Source: Chthoniobacteraceae bacterium (GTDB lineage: Bacteria; Verrucomicrobiota; Verrucomicrobiia; Chthoniobacterales; Chthoniobacteraceae). Taken from it: DNA of 11,225 nucleotides. Made by a program: the position numbers and the translations under genes. Below the pieces are notes generated by a model. It was not told the DNA's origin. It did not search any database and saw nothing but the letters and a program-made list of their open reading frames with translations. Below, one piece after another: positions 7,604-11,225 of the stretch (position 1 is the stretch's first letter; each line of letters opens with the position of its first letter). The stretch is from positions 1-11,225 of the forward strand of contig JANNWY010000286.1 in NCBI GenBank assembly GCA_031409335.1. Direction: 5' to 3'.

Positions 7604-8611
7604 ATGAAACGCCTCATCCCTTTCCTCATGCTCCCCGTCGCATCCCTCCTCGCCGCCGACCCGGAGCCGCTGCCGGAATACAAAGTCAGCATCGAGCGAC
7701 TCGATCCCGCGTTCGACAAACTGATCCCCGCCGGCACGCAAATCGAGAAATGCGCGCAAGGCTTCAACTGGTCGGAAGGCCCGACGTGGTTTCAGAAGTC
7801 CATCGTCTTTTCCGATGTGCCGGAAAACGTGATCTACAAATGGACGCCGGGCGACTCGACGACCGCGGCGGTTTTCATGAAACCCAGCGGAATGCTGAAA
7901 CCCACGCCCGGTTTTCGCGAGCAGGGCTCGAACGGGCTCGGCGTCGATGCGCAGGGTCGGCTGCTTATTTGCCAGCACGGCGAGCGGCGTGTGGCGCGGG
8001 TGGAAAAGGACGGCACGCAGACGAGCCTCGCGGACAAATTTGAAGGCAAGCGTTTCAACTCCCCGAACGACCTCACGCAAACCAAGCGCGGCGAAATCTA
8101 CTTCACCGACCCACCGTACGGTCTCGACAAACTCAACGACTCGCCGCTGAAGGAACTGCCCTTCAACGGCGTCTTTCGCATCGCCGCCGATGGGAAAGTC
8201 AGCGTCGTCATCAAAGACCTTACGTTCCCCAACGGCATCGCGCTTTCGCCCGACGAAAAAATCCTCTACGTCGCGGTCAGCGATTCCAAACACACGAACG
8301 TCATGGCCTATGACGTGCAGCCCGACGGCAGCGTCACGAACGGGCGCGAATTTTTCGACGCAGAGAAGGTAAAGAAGCCTGGCCTCAAAGGCGGCTGCGA
8401 CGGCATGAAAGTGGACAAGGACGGCAACATTTTCACCACCGGCCCCGGCGGAGTCCTCGTCATTTCACCCACCGGAAAACACCTCGGCACTCTCCTCACC
8501 GGCCAGCAGACGGGCAACTGCGCGTGGGGCGACGACGGCTCGACGCTTTATATCTGCGCCGACATGTATCTCTGCCGCGTGAAGACCGCGACGAAGGGCA
8601 TCGGCTGGTAG
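7604..8611 (+). CDS. SMP-30/gluconolactonase/LRE family protein, exported
   Basis: Signal peptide and metal-ligand motifs WSEGP, FNSPND, FPNGIALSPDE and CDGMKVD, plus YFTDPPYG. Confidence 0.93.
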   Translation: MKRLIPFLMLPVASLLAADPEPLPEYKVSIERLDPAFDKLIPAGTQIEKCAQGFNWSEGPTWFQKSIVFSDVPENVIYKWTPGDSTTAAVFMKPSGMLKPTPGFREQGSNGLGVDAQGRLLICQHGERRVARVEKDGTQTSLADKFEGKRFNSPNDLTQTKRGEIYFTDPPYGLDKLNDSPLKELPFNGVFRIAADGKVSVVIKDLTFPNGIALSPDEKILYVAVSDSKHTNVMAYDVQPDGSVTNGREFFDAEKVKKPGLKGGCDGMKVDKDGNIFTTGPGGVLVISPTGKHLGTLLTGQQTGNCAWGDDGSTLYICADMYLCRVKTATKGIGW

Positions 8612-8632
8612 CCGGCTTCGCTTCGAGTTGGC

Positions 8633-10225
8633 TTACAACTCGACGACCTGCGCGCTGCGGATGTCTTCCTCGGCCAGCAGTTCTTTCACCAGCGCCTCGC
8701 CGGGAGCCTCATCCAGATTCAAGATCGTGAGCGCCTGCCCGCCTTCTTCATTCCGGCTCAGCGACATGCCCGCGATGTTGACGCCGTGTTTGCCCATGAG
8801 CGTTCCGAGATGGCCGACGATGCCCGGCCGGTCGCGGTTTTCGATGACGAGCAAAACGCCCTCCGGTTTCGCTTCCACGTGGCGTCCGTTGATCTTCACG
8901 ATGCGCGGCGTCGTGCCAAAAAAGGTGCCCGCGACGCTGACCCATCCGCCTTCCCCAGCGGCCGTCAGTTCGATCAGTTCCGCAAAATCGCCAAGGCTGC
9001 TCTCGCGTGACTCGGTCACTTTCAGCCCGAGCGTTTCCGCGAAAGAAGCCGCGTTCACCTGATTCACCTCGCCGCCACCCGCTTTGCGCAGGAAGCCGGT
9101 GAGGATCGCCCGCGTCACGGCGATCGTGTCCACTTCGTTGATCTTGCCGCTGTAATTGATGTTCAGCCCGTCGCAGCGTTTCGCCGCGATTTGCGAAAGG
9201 AAACGTCCCAGCCTTTCGCCAAGCGCGAGGTGTGGTCCGATGATCGCGAGCGTCTTCGCGTCGATACTCGGCGCGTTCACCGCGTTGCGAATTTCTCCGC
9301 TCAGCAGGGCCGCGCGGATTTGCTCCGCGACCTCGATGCCCACGCCTTCCTGCGCTTCCGCCGTCGATGCGCCGAGATGTGGCGTGAGGATGAGATTCGG
9401 CAGTCCGCGCAGCGGTGAATCCGCCGGGAGCGGCTCGGTTTCAAAAACGTCCAGCGCCGCCGCCGCGACTTGCCCCGACTTCAGCGCCACGACCAGCGCC
9501 GCCTCGTCGATCAACCCACCGCGCGCGCAGTTCACGATGCGCACGCCCTTCTTCGTCTTCGCGAGACGCTCTGCGTTCAGCATGTATTTCGTCTCGCCGG
9601 TCAGCGGCATGTGCATGGTGATGAAATCCGCCTCGGGAATGATCGCATCGAGCGACTCGATCAACTCCACCTGCAACGACCGCGCGCGACTCGCCGAGAG
9701 ATACGGATCGTAAGCCAGCACCCGCATCCCAAACGCAATCGCCCGCCGCGCAATCTCCGTCCCGATGCGGCCCATGCCGAGAATCGCCAGCGTCTTATTG
9801 TAAAGCTCCACGCCCACGAAAGTCTTGCGATCCCACTTTCCGCCCTTCACGGAAGCATCCGCCTGCGGGATATTCCGCGCCGTCGAAACCATCAGCGAAA
9901 ACGCGTGCTCCGCCGTCGAGATCGTATTCCCGCCCGGCGTATTCATCACGATGATCCCGCGTTTCGTCGCCGCATCCACATCCACATTATCCACGCCCAC
10001 GCCCGCACGCCCGATCACCTTCAAATTCGTCGCCGCCTCGATCACCTTCGCCGTCGCCTTCGTCTCGCTGCGCACCACGAGCCCCTGAAATTCCCCGATG
10101 ATCGCGAGCAATTCATCCGGCTTCAGCCCCAGCTTCACCGTCACATCGAGCTGCCCGCCATTGCTGAGTTCATCGATTCCGCGCTGAGCGATCGGGTCTG
10201 CGACAAGGACTTTGGGTTTGGTCAT
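8633..10225 (-). CDS. serA: D-3-phosphoglycerate dehydrogenase (long form with ASB and ACT domains)
   Basis: GRAGVGVDNVD, NTPGGNTISTAEH, GMGRIG, NCARGGLIDE, LTPHLGAST and ACT motif NRDRPGIVG...NIAGMSLSR; 530 aa. Confidence 0.97.
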   Translation of the reverse strand: MTKPKVLVADPIAQRGIDELSNGGQLDVTVKLGLKPDELLAIIGEFQGLVVRSETKATAKVIEAATNLKVIGRAGVGVDNVDVDAATKRGIIVMNTPGGNTISTAEHAFSLMVSTARNIPQADASVKGGKWDRKTFVGVELYNKTLAILGMGRIGTEIARRAIAFGMRVLAYDPYLSASRARSLQVELIESLDAIIPEADFITMHMPLTGETKYMLNAERLAKTKKGVRIVNCARGGLIDEAALVVALKSGQVAAAALDVFETEPLPADSPLRGLPNLILTPHLGASTAEAQEGVGIEVAEQIRAALLSGEIRNAVNAPSIDAKTLAIIGPHLALGERLGRFLSQIAAKRCDGLNINYSGKINEVDTIAVTRAILTGFLRKAGGGEVNQVNAASFAETLGLKVTESRESSLGDFAELIELTAAGEGGWVSVAGTFFGTTPRIVKINGRHVEAKPEGVLLVIENRDRPGIVGHLGTLMGKHGVNIAGMSLSRNEEGGQALTILNLDEAPGEALVKELLAEEDIRSAQVVEL

Positions 10226-10285
10226 AAAAAGGGAAAAGGGTCAGGAAAAAGGGAGCGTGATTCTCGGCACCGAAGCCCAAAGCGC

Positions 10286-10339
10286 AAATGAAAAGTCCGG
10301 CTCCCGCTCAGCGGCTCGCCGCTCCAGCGGCGAGCCGGA
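10286..10339 (-). terminator. GC-rich inverted repeat, possible terminator of the toxin-antitoxin operon
   Basis: Perfect 12-bp arms CGGCTCGCCGCT (10312-10323) / AGCGGCGAGCCG (10326-10337). An alternative outer stem (10296-10303 with 10332-10339) is followed on the minus strand by CTTTTCATTT. Confidence 0.45.
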
Positions 10340-10349
10340 AAACACGGCC

Positions 10350-10798
10350 TCACGCAGTTCCCTGCGGAGATGGACCGAGGCAGGTCAACTCACCGAAAAC
10401 CGCGAAGTCAGCTCCATTGAGCGTCAGCAGCGACGTAATTCCCGCGCTGCGATAAGTCGCCGCCAGCATCGTATCGAGCACCCGCTTTCGTCCGAGTCGA
10501 TGCCGTGCCATCGCATCGAGAAACCACTTTATCGCGTCATCATCCGATTCGACTCGCTCAGTTTCCGGCGAGTTCCACCACGCCCGCACACGATCAAGTG
10601 CCTGCTCCATCGTCAGCGGAGTGCTGAAACGCCGGCATCGGTAACGACGTGGACAAACTCATTGACGACCTGCGGCGCAATGGCGAATCGGTCACCCGCG
10701 ATTCTGAGCGTTTTCAATCGCTCCCGCGCACCGACATAATCCACATGGCACGGCACTTCGTGAGCCACGAGCAGACTGGTATCGAACCCGTGGATCAG
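10350..10798 (-). pseudogene. vapC: Frameshifted PIN-domain (VapC-like) toxin
   Basis: The 5' half reads (CTG)IHGFDTSLLVAHE...APQVVNEFVHVVTDA to TGA at 10613-10615. The 3' half, in another frame, reads RRFSTPLTMEQAL...RVLDTMLAAT...LLTLNGADF. Adding one base at about 10635 gives a 149-aa PIN protein with the D/E/D/D acidic motifs. Confidence 0.85.
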
Positions 10799-11010
10799 AC
10801 CCGTCCCTCCAGCATTTCGTCATACCACCCTTCCCGATCACCCAAAGGTCGTAGCATTTCCCCCAAATCAAGCGGCGGGAGGTCAAATACACTGACTCCT
10901 GCGTCCCGGAGTTTCTCGCGACGTTTGTTTTTAACGAATCGCTCCAACTCCGCCAATTCTTCGGCGGACAACTGCGGGACGGCTTGTTCGATTTCGGCGA
11001 GCGTGCTCAT
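10795..11010 (-). CDS. Putative antitoxin of the PIN toxin (71 aa)
   Basis: Start revised to MSTLAEIEQAVPQLSAEELAEL. Small protein with an acidic C-terminus whose stop overlaps the toxin start by 4 nt. Confidence 0.75.
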   Translation of the reverse strand: MSTLAEIEQAVPQLSAEELAELERFVKNKRREKLRDAGVSVFDLPPLDLGEMLRPLGDREGWYDEMLEGRV

Positions 11011-11016
11011 GCGCGC

Positions 11017-11045
11017 AGAATGCACGCTGCAATGTGAATCGTCAA
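11017..11045 (-). promoter_or_regulatory. Putative sigma70 promoter, leaderless toxin-antitoxin transcript
   Basis: TTGACG (11045-11040), 17-nt spacer, CATTCT (11022-11017), then 6 nt to ATG 11010. Confidence 0.55.
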
Positions 11046-11130
11046 TTTTCGGAGTCTGCCCTCCCTGCCTTGGAGGCACGCCTCCCCTAACCGCAATGCC
11101 TTTCGGGAATTCATCGAAGGTCACACCAGT

Positions 11131-11225
11131 TTAAGGGTTACGGGGCCTTGGTGGGATTTGGTTTGGCGCAGGCGCGGCCAGCCGCTCACGGGGCGGCGCA
11201 CGGCTCTCGGGCAGCTTCTCGGCTG
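11131..11225 (-). CDS. 3' end of an unidentified gene (Pro-rich tail, partial)
   Basis: Open frame AEKLPESRAPPRERLAAPAPNQIPPRPRNP* from the window edge to TAA at 11131-11133. No family recognisable. Confidence 0.35.
   Translation of the reverse strand, partial: AEKLPESRAPPRERLAAPAPNQIPPRPRNP

Noticed and set aside
8610..8633. Weak hairpin between the convergent lactonase and serA stops
   Set aside because: Short stem with two G-U pairs and no U-tract.
10625..10640. Programmed ribosomal frameshift in the PIN toxin
   Set aside because: No slippery heptamer or homopolymer run at the shift site; a single-base loss or sequencing error is simpler.
11072..11085. Small palindrome GGAGGC-AC-GCCTCC
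   Set aside because: Only 6-bp arms, single copy in the window and no U-tract, so too weak to call a REP element or terminator.
1..11225. CRISPR array, tRNA/rRNA, transposase or integrase
   Set aside because: No regularly spaced repeats, structural RNA signatures or recombinase motifs were seen.

Overview
GC-rich bacterial window; the PEP-CTERM protein and SD-poor or apparently leaderless genes suggest Verrucomicrobiota (inference only). Left to right it contains: the tail of a + strand gene with a Rho-independent terminator; a decayed minus-strand polysaccharide locus (GHL10-like hydrolase N-terminus joined out of frame to a CE4 deacetylase C-terminus, then a truncated PgaC/IcaA-like GT2); an OmpR-family response regulator; a PEP-CTERM PQQ-type sugar dehydrogenase; a translationally coupled operon of a secreted cupredoxin-like protein, an atypical sensor histidine kinase and an outer-membrane beta-barrel; an SMP-30/gluconolactonase; serA; and an antitoxin/PIN-toxin pair whose toxin is broken by a frameshift. 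The most interesting signals are the cupredoxin-kinase-barrel(-regulator) module and an 18-bp palindrome, YGTATC-N6-GWTACA, present three times in the two divergent promoter regions, which may tie the module to the polysaccharide and PEP-CTERM genes. All family calls come from recognising motifs by eye, not from database searches.
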